Positions 27,807 through 41,184 of a DNA stretch of 63,454 nucleotides are shown piece after piece. Both the position numbers and the translations under genes were made by a program. The notes beneath the pieces were generated by a model. It did not search any database and had not been told where the DNA came from. It worked only from the letters and a program-made list of their open reading frames with translations. The stretch is from contig NC_069006.1 in assembly GCF_001194135.2 (NCBI RefSeq), forward strand, positions 18,819,730 through 18,883,183, read 5' to 3'. This DNA is from Octopus bimaculoides. Lineage: Eukaryota. Position 1 is the stretch's first letter. The number at the start of each line of letters is the position of its first letter.

Positions 27807-28329
27807 TACATACATATCCACACACGTGTATACAGACATATCTATGTTTATGTACATGTACTGAAGGCCATAAAAAATTTTGCTTCAACAAAGTCTGACC
27901 CATGTAAACATGGAAAAGAAGACATTAAAATGATGATAATATATACATTTACACAAACACACATGCACACAGATATATGGATACACACACACACACACAC
28001 ACAAACATAGACATGTACATACATTTACACACACATACAGAAATAGCTAGACAAATTGACTGAAAGCTAGATCATAGATACACAGATGTACTCACTCACT
28101 TTCTCACTTGTTCACATACACACACACTCACATATAAATTTTTCAAGTGAGGGCATGTAGGTTGGTGATTAGAGTGTTGCACTAATGATTGTGAGATTGT
28201 GGTTTCTATTCCTGGATCAGGCAGTGCATTGTGTTCTTAAACAAAATACTTCATTTCACATTGTTTGGCAACCACTTCAACATTTATTATGTGGCAATGT
28301 CAGTTTGATTGCGGGAGTGATCTTATGGG

Positions 28330-28785
28330 TGGATCAATATAAACAAATCTGTGCAGGTTGTTCAACAAGAAATTGCAATATCATCTTCTTTGGACTCAAA
28401 AGACTGCCAAGAGGATATTACAGAAAAATAGCAGTACAGACAGGCATTTGTTTTCAGGAAAACAGAAAAACAGCAACAATGAATGTACACAAGTCTGGTC
28501 CTTTCATCAGTTGTCTATTGAAAATCATCTCAATTTTAATATCTACAGATACAGATTTGGAAGAACTTGAAGGACAAATACGAGAAGTTACATCTTCCAT
28601 CTTCCAAGAGATCCTGGTGAAATCAGTTGATGCAATTCCTGGACGACTCAAGAAGATGGTAGTGGCATCTGGAGTCCATATCGAATTTTAAATAAAACCT
28701 CTGATATCCATCTTTTTGTAAAAATTACAATCAATAAATAATTTATAAGTATTTTAAAACGGAGTTACTTTTCAATCACCCTGTA
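28330..28785 (+). mobile_element. Tc1-like transposon 3' remnant
   Basis: ...DLEELEGQIREVTSSIFQEILVKSVDAIPGRLKKMVVASGVHIEF*, then TIR ttttcaatcaccctg followed by TA. Confidence 0.8.
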
Positions 28786-29201
28786 TATACATATATATAT
28801 ATGAATTTGTAGTGTAATATATGGATTCATAGAATCAGCTGGGTATCACAGAAAGTACCTCTAGTGAACTTAGCTGACAGACCACATAGTAAATCTAATA
28901 AGTGTAAGATAGAGTGTCCATGCAGCTGATATCCAGGTGATCTGATTAACGAAATTATGTCATGAGAAGTACATAAGCCATAAAAAGTCAGGATGATTCA
29001 TGGTGTAACCATGATGTTTTAGTGATCTGATGAGCTAGCTTTCTTTATCTGTATTGATTTGTGAATATACCTGTAAACATGGTTTATTATACACTGAAAT
29101 CATTATTACATGAAGAAAGCTATGTAATGGCTTTAATCTTAAGGATGTCAAATGGTTAAATAAATATAATTACCTCCCATACCTCCTGACCTTTTATGAT
29201 T

Positions 29202-29239
<38 letters not shown>

Positions 29240-29394
29240 CACAGGATCTCATCAATAAGTATCTGGACTGTTGCCATAGTAATGAAGCTAAAGCTTGCAG
29301 AATGAAGCCACTTGACACAGAGTGACCTTCAACTCTGCTATGCATGTGCACTAAGTTTTAATGTTCTAGCTCACTTCTACAGTTTACAGCAGTG

Positions 29395-30238
29395 CTGCAT
29401 AAAATGTGATTGTCTCATTGACCATGACAGAGAATGTTGAGCAGAGAATCTACATCAAATTTTGCCAAAAGCTTGGTGATACCTGCCCAAAGCCCTATAC
29501 AAAGTTGCAGGAAGTGTATGGAGAGGAGTGTATGAGCCGCACGCAAGTGTATGAGTGGTTAGACGTTTCCAAGATGGCTGAAAAAATGTCGATAGTGCTG
29601 AACATTCTGGGAGATCAGCAACTAGCAGAACTGAGAAAAACATCACAAATGTCTGTGCAGCTGAAACAAAGGCTCAGTCTTCACAGTGGAAGACCCCAAC
29701 CTCTCCAAGACCAAAGAAAGCAATCTGTCAAAGCAATGTGACCATTTTTTTTGACTAGAAGGGGATTGTTCATCATGGGTATGGTCCACCTGATCAGACA
29801 GTAAATGGGGAGTACCACCGTGAAGTTTTGTGGCATTTGCAGGATGCTATTCATCAGAAAAGGCCACAGTTGCATGCATCCAATGAGTGGCAATTGCAAC
29901 ATGACAACGCACCCACTCATTCAGCACAGCTTGTGCAGTAGTTTTTGGCTAGGCATAGCATTCCCCAGGTCCACAGCCACTGTATTCCCCAGATCTCACC
30001 CCTTGAGACTTTTTCCTCTTTCCAAAAATTAAATCCTGCTTGAAAGGAAATCAAAGTGAATGCAAGGAGGCAGCTGCTGATTATCCCAGAAAACGAGTTC
30101 CAGGAATGCTTCAGCACTGGATTAAGTGTGTGGCTTCTGAAGGGGACTACTTTGAAAGAGATTAAATGCCAAATTGGTACGTGTTGTAGTTCTGTTTTTA
30201 TAGCACCAATCTGGATACTTATTGATCAGACCTTGTGT
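29395..30238 (+). mobile_element. Internally deleted, frameshifted mariner element
   Basis: MTENVEQRIYIKFCQKLG...LQEVYGEECMSRTQVYEW (mariner HTH); QLQHDNAP and YSPDL remnants; TIR-like ggatacttattgatcagacc. Confidence 0.85.
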
Positions 30239-30358
30239 ATGTATATACACACACACACACACATACACACAAATATATATAAATAGTTGAATAAATATCT
30301 AGATAAATATATATATTTTGTATGCTTGTGTGTGTTAACATGTGTATGTTTGCACATT

Positions 30359-30412
<54 letters not shown>

Positions 30413-30887
30413 GAGAGAGTTACAGAGGTATATCTTGATGTGTGCATAATTTATAATTATGTTGCTCTCTATAGTATCTATGTGCACAGCAAAGCATGTT
30501 TATCTATATGTGCATGTATGTTTATCTGTATATGTGTGTGTGTGTGTGTGTGTACATGTGTAAATGCTTACCATCATCATCATCAACAGCAGCATAATGA
30601 TCATACTTATGTTTATTTCACCATGCTGGCTAGGGTTGGCCAGGTTTATGATATCATATATCATTACATCAACATTGTATATCATGTGTGAGGTCCAACC
30701 TATCACCACACTGTCTCTTATCTCATCACCTCTCACTTTCTCTTTTAATCTTTCCACCAATAGCAAACCACAAACCTCTAAATACATTCCAGATGACAGA
30801 GTTTATAATTTCATTTGGGAACCAATGAAGCTACTTCCACACTAGCAGTCCACAACCTGAGGCCCATAGACATCCATGAATATTTAA

Positions 30888-31133
30888 CTCTTTTGATACC
30901 TATCTACCACAGATTGCACCAGATTCTATAATACAATCTCTTTACTTTTCAAAGTGATCTGAACAAAATCTTTCAGAAAAATTCGTTATTTTACTGAAGC
31001 TGTTTGATACCAAATTGCCTGAGACATCTCCAGAGATGCATGGTACAAACTTTGTTTTACAAGTAAAATGATCTAAAGTAAAATAAATTGAGAAAAGTTA
31101 GTACATTTCAGCTGAAATATGGTAACAAAAGGG
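30888..31133. mobile_element. piggyBac-like MITE
   Basis: TTAA|CTCTTTTGATACC ... GGTAACAAAAGGG|TTAA. A related end occurs at about 44744. Confidence 0.75.
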
Positions 31134-32499
31134 TTAAAGCAGAACTGTGAGGTTTCATGTAATGTGATCAAATCTTTAAAAGGCTGCAGTGTAAAATGTA
31201 TACTTAGCTGCTTTATTTTTTATCTATTTTATTTTTATGCCTTTCTGTGTTTGAACAGTAGCCATGCTGGGGTACAACCTTGAAGGATTTAGTCAAACAA
31301 ATCGACCCCAGTACTTATTTCTAAACCTGGTACTTATTCTATCAGTTTCTTTTTACAGGATATTAACAAACCAACACTAGTTGTCAAGTAGTGGTGGAGG
31401 ACAAACACAAACACACACACACACACACACACACATGTGACAAGCTTCTTTCAGTTTCTATCAATCAAATCCACACATGATGTGGTTTGCTGTCACTGTC
31501 ACTAAATAAATGCTAAAGGGCCCAGTGTAATGATTTAGCTGGGAGCCTATAATGCTGTTAAAACAGCCCTATGATAGGCTGGTCATAACCATAACCAGCC
31601 TATCTTTTTAAAAAATGCTGGACTAATTATTTAATGTGTCCTTTCAATGATTAAGATGGTAGGGTATGATCTTAGGGAGAATTAGTTGCTATTTCTTGAA
31701 GTTATTGTTGTTACTGATTTTTAGCCCCATGTTAACCTTGATCCAACATACCTATAATTTAAAGTGATCCAACCATGATAATCCACATACCTTAACCCTT
31801 ATCTGCTAGCACAAAGCCCCTCTCCTCAGGTTTCATGGGCTTGCAAATTGCATAGTGACCTCACTGGTGTTGATGGCATGAGAGAACACCTAGTATACAC
31901 TGTAAAGTGGTTGACATTAGGAAGGACCTCTATTTATAGAAACTTTGTGAAAGCAGGCACTGGAGCAAGATGCAGACCTTGGAGGCATTGAATCATGTCA
32001 AATCATCCAACACATACCAGCATGGAACACAGATGTAAAATGATGATGGCAATGAGTGCATCTAGAACTACTTTATCTAATGTATAGTATAACAGTGAGT
32101 ATTAGTAAATTTAGTTGTTTAGTTGCAGGTCCTTGACTGAACAGACTTATAATCAAAGGTGTTCCAACATGACTATTCCATTTTTTATACAGTTGTAGTG
32201 AATTTAAGATTACATCATGCAATGTGTCATATAATACAATGTTAGTGGCCTTGTTTGTTGTCATTGTTGTTACTTAATCTCAGGTAAACTCTGATTCATT
32301 AATCCTATGATCAAAGGTGTTCCAGTTATGACCATCTCATCTTCCAAGGTTATGACTTTCCTTATTTAAGACAGTAAGGTGAGATGTTTGGCTGCTATTT
32401 CTAGCAAGTTAAGTAATCATGCATAAGCTTCTGATGTAGCTTTGTAAGTACTTTATGAATACCTGCATGGAAATGAAAATAAAGTAAAAAATAACATAC

Positions 32500-33176
32500 C
32501 TTACGAAATTGCCGAGCAAAAACTATCTGAGGTTGTAAAGTTTCTGTGGTAAAGTTGCTTGAGGTATTTGTAAACTTTCCCGAGGCAATGGTAAAGTTTC
32601 CCGAAACAGATGTAAATCTTCCAGGAGCAATGGTAGATTTCCCTGGAACAGTGGTAAAGTTCCCTGAGGCAGAGGTATATTTTTCTGAAGCTGAGGTAAA
32701 CTTCTCCGAAGCAGTGGTAAAGTTTCCTGTGATATTGGTAAATGTCCTAGAAACATTGTCTTTAGAATTAAATGTCCTCATCTGGGACATTTCTTCCCCA
32801 GTTTCTCCGAACTGAGGGCAACAAACAGTCTTTTCCATTCTGTTTTCAGTATTACCCTTGCTTTCTCCCTTGCACATTTCTGATACCCCAAGTATTCCCT
32901 GTATGAGTCCCCCTTGGTTACAACTTGGAGGGTCTGTTGCAGAACTTGAACCTGCAAGGCTCTGCAGTCGACTAGAAAGATAATTTTTAGCAAGCACAAC
33001 ATTCGTTGCTGGTGTGTGGTCTGAAGTAGGACTGGAAGAAAAGCTGGAATATTTTGGCAGACAGGTTTCACTGGTATCATTGGTTCCAATGCCTTCTCTG
33101 GATTCACTGGTGCTGAATTTACTTCCTTCAGTGAATTTAGGAATTGTTTGGAATTCTTGAAAAGTCTCTTGATTTT
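32500..33176 (-). CDS. Ser/Thr-rich exon with a 7-aa tandem repeat, 677 nt, phase 1-0
   Basis: Long open frame. Acceptor atttcttttag|AA AAT is phase 1, matching the Ig2 donor. Donor CGT AAG|GTATGT is phase 0. Ends ...PQIVFARQFRK. Confidence 0.8.
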
Positions 33177-33308
33177 CTAAAAGAAATGATTTCTCCAATT
33201 AGAAACTTTTTTTACATATGAGTGTGTGTATGTGTACACACACACACAGACATAGATATAAATATACATGCATACATAGATATATACATATACATACATA
33301 TCTATATA

Positions 33309-33339
<31 letters not shown>

Positions 33340-33342
33340 GCA

Positions 33343-33379
<37 letters not shown>

Positions 33380-33535
33380 TTTTACATACATATATATATA
33401 CATACATGCATATAAATACATATATTTACATACATATAAACATATACATGCATATATATATACATGCATATACGTACATACATATATACACATACATATA
33501 TATATACACATGCATTATAGATACATGCATATATA

Positions 33536-33895
33536 CAGGGTGTGGTGAATAAATTGTCGTCTGAATTACGCAAAATTGAAAATAACACTGACATCTCATT
33601 TTAACAGACATATTTACCAAAATTACATAAAAATATCTTGAAATACTAAAGAGTAAATTTATTCTATAAACAACCTTGGAATCTCTCGGAACTCTTTTGG
33701 ATGGTCTCCTTGTTTAAGTTGGTGAATGCTGCAATAATCCTTGCCTTCAGTTCATCTTTGGTGTTACAAAGAGGTTTGTTGGTCTCTCACTCAACTGTGT
33801 CCCACACATAATAATCAAAGGATTTGCAATCTGGGGAGTTAGGTGACCAGATGTTAGGGGTGATGTAGTCACAGAAATTGTCTGACAGCCATGAC
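33536..33895 (-). mobile_element. Tc1/mariner 3' part, same family as 1-582
   Basis: TA|CAGGGTGTGGTGAATAAATTG TIR; the body is the reverse-complement match to 190-580. Confidence 0.85.
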
Positions 33896-34029
33896 TGGGT
33901 TCTCTTACTTGTGTGGTATGGTACAGAGAGTCCTGTTGCTAGGTACAATGGTCATTTGTAACCAAAGGGGATCTTTACTCTTTATGCCCAGTTTTACTTG
34001 CAGCACATTTATTCTATGTTGTTCATTCA

Positions 34030-34760
34030 CATTACATTGCACATACAACAGAGCATTCTTACTTCATTTCTTACCAGCCTTCTCAGTTCTTCTACATTCA
34101 AGTCCCACATCTGACTACCATGTAACATTGTAGTTCTAACACAAGCATCATACAATCAGCCCTTCACTTTATGGGAAAAGACATTTATTGCCAACAGTGG
34201 CAGTAGCTCACTGAACTTTCTCCAACCTGTTCTTACTTTGACTACTATACTTTCAGAGCAGCCACCTCCTTTGCTAATTAAATCTTGTTAACAAGAGCTA
34301 TCAACTACTTCTAGTGAGCAATCTCTGCCTTCAAAAGCATCTATTTCTTGTGTACATAGTTTATCCTGCTCCAGTGCATATATCACATGCAAAGTTTATG
34401 TTCTCTGCTAGTTGGGCTTTGATTCTACTACTTCTGTTGTGTGTCATAGCTTACATTGTGTACAGCATATGAAGTTTATAACTATTCCTTTTCTGCTTAT
34501 TGAATAAGGCTATTTTCCAGAAAATACCAGGGTTCTGTCTTCTTTCCTACTTACTATAACCTTCATCTTTGCTAAGTTTACCTAGGTCATCAGCATATAG
34601 GAGTTTCCAAGGACATCCAGTCTTAACCTTTTCCCATTTAAACCAACCAAATCCAGCCTAAATATTTACCTGTTTTAAGTTCAAACAAGCCAGTTTTTGT
34701 CTCTCATACATACCCTACAATGGCATTCTAAAAATAATCACATCATCAAAATCTCAAAGC
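34030..34760 (-). mobile_element. RTE-clade reverse transcriptase remnant
   Basis: GCPWKLLYADDLG at about 34570-34620 (YADD motif); otherwise degraded. Confidence 0.75.
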
Positions 34761-35056
34761 TATGAGGTAATGCATGATTAATTCAAAACAATGTGATTGA
34801 ATAAGTATTACATTTGACTGAGTAATCTGAATGCTAAAAGGTTAAACTCCTCTGTGATGATCTTAGGACTATGATGAATTCTGAGGACTGAAACTTGATG
34901 AACTTGATTGCTGAAATCATTGATGACTCTCACTTTCCTCACTGCATTTTTGTACATAGCTTGTACAGCCCTCACAAGCCATTCATCTACACCCAGTTTT
35001 CCTCAAACATCTCCAAATTATTGAGTGTGGTACTCTGCCAAATGCTTTCTCTAGAT

Positions 35057-35297
35057 CAGTGGTTTCCAACCACTTTTTACCTATGGACTCCTTTGGTTCC
35101 AATTTTACTAAGGTGGACCCCCATAGCCATTCGATGTCAAAAAATTCCAATTATATTTTAATAATTAGATATTATTAGGAATTGCATTAAAAAATTGTCA
35201 AAATATTTTGTGTATTGTAGAAGTATAAACAATTTATTGCAGATAAATTAATAAAATTTTTATATGGACTTCCAAGGACCCTAGCTGAGAACCACTT
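35057..35297. mobile_element. hAT (Charlie-like) MITE
   Basis: TIRs CAGTGGTTTCCAACC / GAGAACCACTT; TSD ctctagat/ctctaaat. Same family at 44420-44670. Confidence 0.85.
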
Positions 35298-36189
35298 CTC
35301 TAAATCAATGAATGGCAGGAATAGCAGTTTATTCATAACCAAGTATTTCTCCTGCAGTTGCCCCACAAGGAAGATTTCAACCATGGGGCCTCTTCCAGGA
35401 ACAAAGCTAAGCTGCATCATCTCATTTATGTCTGAATAGAAGATGGAGTGTTTTCAGGGCTGGAACATTCTTGAATATAAGTCTGCTGGTGTCACAGCTG
35501 AGGGTGAAGTGGAGAAACAAGGAAGAGACAAGGCTGGAAAAGGAGGAAGAGATGGGAAAGATTTAAAGAAGTGGAAAGAGATTACTACTCTTTTCTTCCC
35601 TATTTTAATTATATTAATTTATAAACTCCAGTTTCTGATTGAATATTCCTTGTTTAACTCAAGTGTTGCTGCGTTTAGTGGCCGTTATTTTAAGATGGAG
35701 TTCGAGAAAGCAAAGCAAAGTTCTAAGAAATCCTTCCTCCCAATAGCTGCAGGCACTGCCTATCAATATCACATAGATAGACACGCGAGTGCCAAGATCC
35801 TCCATAGATAAAGGGGAAGAAAATAGTTAAACAGTTTAAATTGACGTAAAGAGTGGGGAGAGGGGGTAAAGATAGAAGGGGAGGAGGGGAAAAGGAAGAG
35901 GAGTAGGTGGTGGATGAGGAAGAGAAAGAAATGTGTGATGTGGCATAGCTCAGAAGATTTACACAGTGGTTGTCAGTATACATGTATGTACATATAAATA
36001 TATGCATTTGTGTGTTTACACACACACACACACACCATGTATGCATGTGTGAGTATAAACAGCAAGATAGAGAGATGTATAAGAATAATATAACACGAGG
36101 ATGGAAGATATCAGACTTTAGTAGTGGATCACAACATTTGTTTCTGCACCACACATCAGCTTTAGGTTGCTGAGCTTATATTCATATAT

Positions 36190-36470
36190 CATTATGGCTC
36201 AGTGGTTAGAGCGTTGAACTTACGACCATGAGGTTGTGAGTTTGAATCCCGGACCAGGCTGCATGCTGTATTCTTGAGCAAGACACTTTATTTCACGTTG
36301 CTCCAGTTTACTCAGCTGTAGAAATGAGTTACGACATCACTGGTGCCAAGCTGTATCGGCCCCTGTGCCTTTCCCTTGGATAACATCAGTGGTGTGGAGA
36401 GGGGAGGTTGGTATGCATGGGTGACTGCTGGTCTTCCATAAAACAACCTTGCCCGGACTTGTGCCAACCC
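36190..36470 (+). mobile_element. tRNA-headed SINE, family A
   Basis: A box TGGCTCAGTGG, B box GTTTGAATCCC; close match to 40170-40470. Confidence 0.85.
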
Positions 36471-37125
36471 AATATTAAGAGGTTTGTTTTTGCCAGGTTT
36501 TGACTTTATCTTCTCCCTTACTCCCTTTGTTTCTTCTGTTCTATCCCTGTTCTTTTCTTCTTATGCTGTAGAAATTCCCCTTTCCCTGGCCCTTAGATCT
36601 TATTCTGCTTTCTCTCTCCCTTCGACCATTTATATTTGCTAGCACTACTATATGAACCGCATTTTCCAGTCTTCTTTTGATAAGGAGAACCAGACATTGT
36701 AATACCTTCGTGTGACTGGTTACTAGTTACATACCCTTGACTTTTTGCACATTTCACACAGAAATTATGATTATTATGTAACTCTAGGATTCTTGAAACA
36801 GCTGTTGTGTGAAGAAATTACATATTTTCTTCATATTCTTTTATGCTCCACGTGTGTATATGTATATATATATGTGTGTGTGTATGTGTGTATATATATA
36901 TGTGTCAGACCTAACTGAGTTTATCTGTTATCTGCATTACTACCTCCATATCAGCTTGATTTGAATTTCTCTTATATTCACTCTTGTTTTGGTGGGCCTT
37001 GCACTGGATGGAGAAGGACACATTGGATAATGTAGGAAGACCTATGTACACTATGTTTCAAAAACCTATAAAGAAAAGTTTGTCTACTGTTTAATAAATA
37101 AACTGTGAAGAGAATGTGATCTTAC

Positions 37126-37413
37126 CTTTAACTATAATGTAACTTGTGCATATTAAGTTACCCAATGGGTTAGTAGCTGTGAACTGGTAGCAGCCGTCAT
37201 CTTCTGGCATCACATGACTGATGACAAGGTAATGTAGGTCCCTGTCATGAGTTATCTGGATGCGGCCATCTGAACGAATTTCTTTGCCCTTGAATATCCA
37301 TGAAACTGTAGCTTCAGGGTCACTTGTGACACAACACTGCAACCGAGTGGGGCTCCCCCTCAGTGCCGTCACAGTTTCTATAGACTGCACTATTGTTGGT
37401 GGGATGCCAAGCA
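37126..37413 (-). CDS. I-set immunoglobulin domain exon 2, 288 nt, phase 1-1
   Basis: PPTIVQSIETVTALRGSPTRLQCCVTSDPEATVSWIFKG...EDDGCYQFTATNPLGNLICTSYIIVK. Acceptor ctctgttacag|TG, donor AAA G|GTAAGA. Confidence 0.92.
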
Positions 37414-37447
37414 CTGTAACAGAGATGCAATATTTAAAAAGAAACTA

Positions 37448-37491
<44 letters not shown>

Positions 37492-37513
37492 ATCTAATAT
37501 ACACATTTACAAC

Positions 37514-37683
37514 AGAGCTACTGATAGTTTCATGCTTTAGAGATACAATAATTTGGCAGCATTATATAACATGCCATGTATCTCCATGCAATTTTTCAGG
37601 CTTTGTTGCTTGGAGATAAATGGCATGTTATATAAATCTGCCAAATTAACGTATCTTATAAGCATGAAACTATTGTAGCTCTT
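37514..37683. repeat. Near-perfect hairpin (~73-bp arms, 24-nt loop) in the intron upstream of Ig exon 2
   Basis: 37514-37586 pairs with 37611-37683 with few mismatches. Confidence 0.9.
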
Positions 37684-39418
37684 TTGTTATTGTGTATACT
37701 AAATGATATTTATCTCTCACTGGATGGAGTACTTTTTTTGCTGACTCTACTTATATTGGAACTGTGAACTATATATATGTAAAGGCACATTTCAACTTAC
37801 AAGCTACATCTTTTTCGACTATGTTGTTTTTGTTTTTTAAGAAATAAACCTCAGTCAGTTTATCTGACTTTACATTGCTATGGGTGTGAGTGTGTATGTG
37901 TGTGTGTGTGTTTTATTTACATCATTAGAATTCGGAAACTGGGAGAGATATGAAATAAATCATTTTTAATGTTGGAACTCAAAGTAGATAAAGCTATAAA
38001 TAACAACATGTAGAATATCAGGTTAAGAAAAACCTCTTGAGCTGAAAATGTTAAAGGCTGCTCTGAGACTTGAACCCACATCTTCTGTAGACATGACAGA
38101 GATTCTACTATTATACCAAAGCAACCCTGTCAAGGTTTTTTTAAGCCAATATTCTACATACTATTATTTATTAGCTTTATCTACTTTCAGTTCCAACAGA
38201 ATCCACAAAAAAAAAAAAAAAATGTACTCGATTGGTTGTGTATTAAATTAAGATATATCATCACCATCATCATCATCATTTAGTGTTTATTTTCCATGCT
38301 GGCATAGGTGAGACAGTTTGACTGGAACTAGTAAGGCAGAGAGCTGTACCAGGCTCTAACCTGATTTTGGCTTGGTTTCTACTGCTGGATGCCTTTCCTA
38401 ATGCCAACCACTCTAAGAGTGTAGTGGGTACCTTTTACATGTCACCAGCTCTGGTTCCTTTTACATATAGGCTATGTGTATTTGTATTTATTTTTCTTCT
38501 GTTGTAAGATTTAAGCATTAGAAGCTGTTTAAGTTGTTTCCCTTTATTTGATTTACTTTCTAAACTATTCAACACAGACATGAGTTCTTTGTTTCATAAT
38601 GCTCAATTAATGTTTTTATGTTCATAAATTCTGATGATCAAATTAATTTTCTCATTGATAAATCTAATCAACATATGTAATATGCTTTGTGTCATCAATA
38701 TATATGTATATATATTTAATACATATTTATATATACTTCTATATATACCCTTATTCTACTTCATATATTCCACTATTAACTTTATATTCAACTTACTGTG
38801 AGGTATCAGGTTTTCAGTTTAAGCCTATTTACTTATTACACTACAATTATGTATTTCTTCATTTAACTAGACTAACAAATAAAACAAATAACTGAAATTA
38901 CAGATTGAACATTCAGAAAGCCAAGGTGTGTTGGTGCTTCCTCATATCTATACAAAAAATATTGTTCTTCAGGAACTTTTACAGTGAATCTAAATAATAA
39001 TGCTTATTGTGCATATTTGTAGCTTTTGCCAGGAATGTGTCAAATATGCTATAAATGTGCAGCTTTAGCATAAACTAAACCTATCTCTTGAAAGCTTTTA
39101 CAAAATATATGTAACTTGTTTCTAAGATCATGTACCCATGTGTAAATATGCATATATTTTTGTAGTTTTGAATACATTTACAAGTAAAACACTTGTGAAA
39201 TTAAGAAGAGCACTTATTGTAGAAAACAGCAATGCAGAATAACAAGTGAATTATTGACTGCAACATGATGCATATATTAAAAGTATATATATATAATAAT
39301 ACATATATAAAAAGTATATATAGAATAATATATATCTGTATATATTCTACAGAGCCAACCATGTCAATCATCCAGAAATACTTTTCTTTTTAATCCAAAT
39401 AAGTTTTGAACAACTTAC

Positions 39419-39718
39419 CAGAAAGTTCTGCCCTTGTTTCACAAGAACCAGCTCTATTTGTTGCTGTACATACATAGGTTCCTGCGTCTTCTGCAAGTGA
39501 CTCCTGCAACTGTAGAATGGCAGATTGACCATCATAGGAAATCTTGTATAACTCATTCTCTGTTAGTATCACATCATTGTGTTTCCAGAGCAGACTGGGT
39601 TGTGGCAAACCATCCACTTTCCATTCAAAGACAGCTGAAGAACCGGCCTTCACTGTAACATCTTCTAAGTCAGCTCTGACTGCTGGTGCTCTCTCTTGTA
39701 CAGTGGAACAACATTGCT
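39419..39718 (-). CDS. I-set immunoglobulin domain exon 1 (titin/UNC-89/MLCK-like), 300 nt, phase 1-1
   Basis: APAVRADLEDVTVKAGSSAVFEWKVDGLPQPSLLWKHN...EDAGTYVCTATNRAGSCETRAEL carries the I-set motifs G.P.P..W and D.G.Y.C.A.N..G. Acceptor cttccag|AG, donor TCT G|GTAAGT. Confidence 0.92.
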
Positions 39719-40104
39719 CTGGAAGTAGATTTTGTTGATTCATTTGTTAATGTTAAAATTTTGTAAAATCTTAATTTTTCACCCCTTACTTTCCTACCAT
39801 GAGGTCTAGGGTTTGGTTCCACTGCATGGAACCTTTGGCAAGTACCTCCTACTATATCTCTGGGCCAACAAAAACATTGAGAATGGATTTGGTAGATCAA
39901 AATTGAAAGAAATCCATCATGTATTATACATACTAATGAAAGCAGTCCAATGATGGCTTAGCTGACTGAAACCCTGAAGTCACAGTTAACAACATTCTTG
40001 CATAAAAATAAATTTTTACTTTGCAAAAGTATAGAGTAATCCATCTGATTAATGTAAAATAAATTATTTTTGTTATAATTGAATATAAAAACAAACATTA
40101 ATAA

Positions 40105-40149
<45 letters not shown>

Positions 40150-40169
40150 ATGTATATATGTGTGTGTGA

Positions 40170-40470
40170 AGGCATATGGCTCAGTGGTTAGAGCATCAAG
40201 CTTACGATTGTGAGTTTGATTCCCGGACCAGGTTGCATGTTGTGTTCTTGAGCAAGACACTTTATTTCATGTTGCTCCAGTTCACTCAGCTGTAGAAATG
40301 AGTTGACATCGCTGGTGCCAAGCTGTATCAGCCTTTCTCTTTCCCTTGGATAACATCGGTGGCATGGAGAGGGGAGGCTGGTAAGCATGGGCAACTGCTG
40401 GTCTCTCATAGAAACAACCCTAGGTTTTGCATTCACCAGTGAGGCAACTTTCCACCCAGACTTGTACACC
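40170..40470 (+). mobile_element. tRNA-headed SINE, family A
   Basis: ggcatatggctcagtggttagagc...tttgattcccggacc...ttgagcaagacactttatttca. Confidence 0.85.
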
Positions 40471-40550
40471 AGATGGGAACCTCCTGGGTGAACCCATGGT
40501 CATTCGCGACCAATGGAGTTGAGTTTATATATATATATACATATATATAT

Positions 40551-40633
<83 letters not shown>

Positions 40634-41051
40634 CGTACTGAATCAGCTGACTGACCTCAATGAGCTAGGTTTCTATCAGGAGCCTATGAAATTCTAAGTT
40701 GCATGGAACTGAATCAAACTGTTTTAAATAATAATATAAGTAACTCTTACTAAATGTGTTGTGTGCTTGTATGAGTTGGACAGGGTTAATTGAAGCATAT
40801 TTTCTATAACCAGATGCCCTTAATGTCACCAACCCACACCTGTTTCCAAGCAAGCTAATATTCCTTCATTTTTCGAATGTAAACATTCGAATGTTTGCAC
40901 ACAAACACACATAGATGGACAGATTGATTGATAGCCGCACATACAAATTATAATTATTTATATACACAAAGACAAAATACCATATAAAGTAGACAGAAGA
41001 TTAAGTGTAGGAGAGAGAGAGAGAGAGAGAGAGAGAAAGAAAAAGAGAGAA

Positions 41052-41106
<55 letters not shown>

Positions 41107-41184
41107 CTTTCCATTGCTGATATCTCTTCATTTCTGAAACAACCAATTCTTGTGATTCTTCTGACGTTTCTGGAAATGTCTCAC

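Noticed and set aside
32546-32815. Plus-strand ORF with VKFPE repeats
   Set aside because: It is the antisense shadow of the 21-nt coding repeat.
34868-34900. ATGATGA...GAAAC hammerhead-like spacing
   Set aside because: The core C3/U4 is missing and stems I and III cannot be formed.
40872-40891. 20-bp palindrome TTCGAATGT-AA-ACATTCGAA
   Set aside because: Short; not a canonical nGAAnnTTCn heat-shock array; plausible by local duplication.
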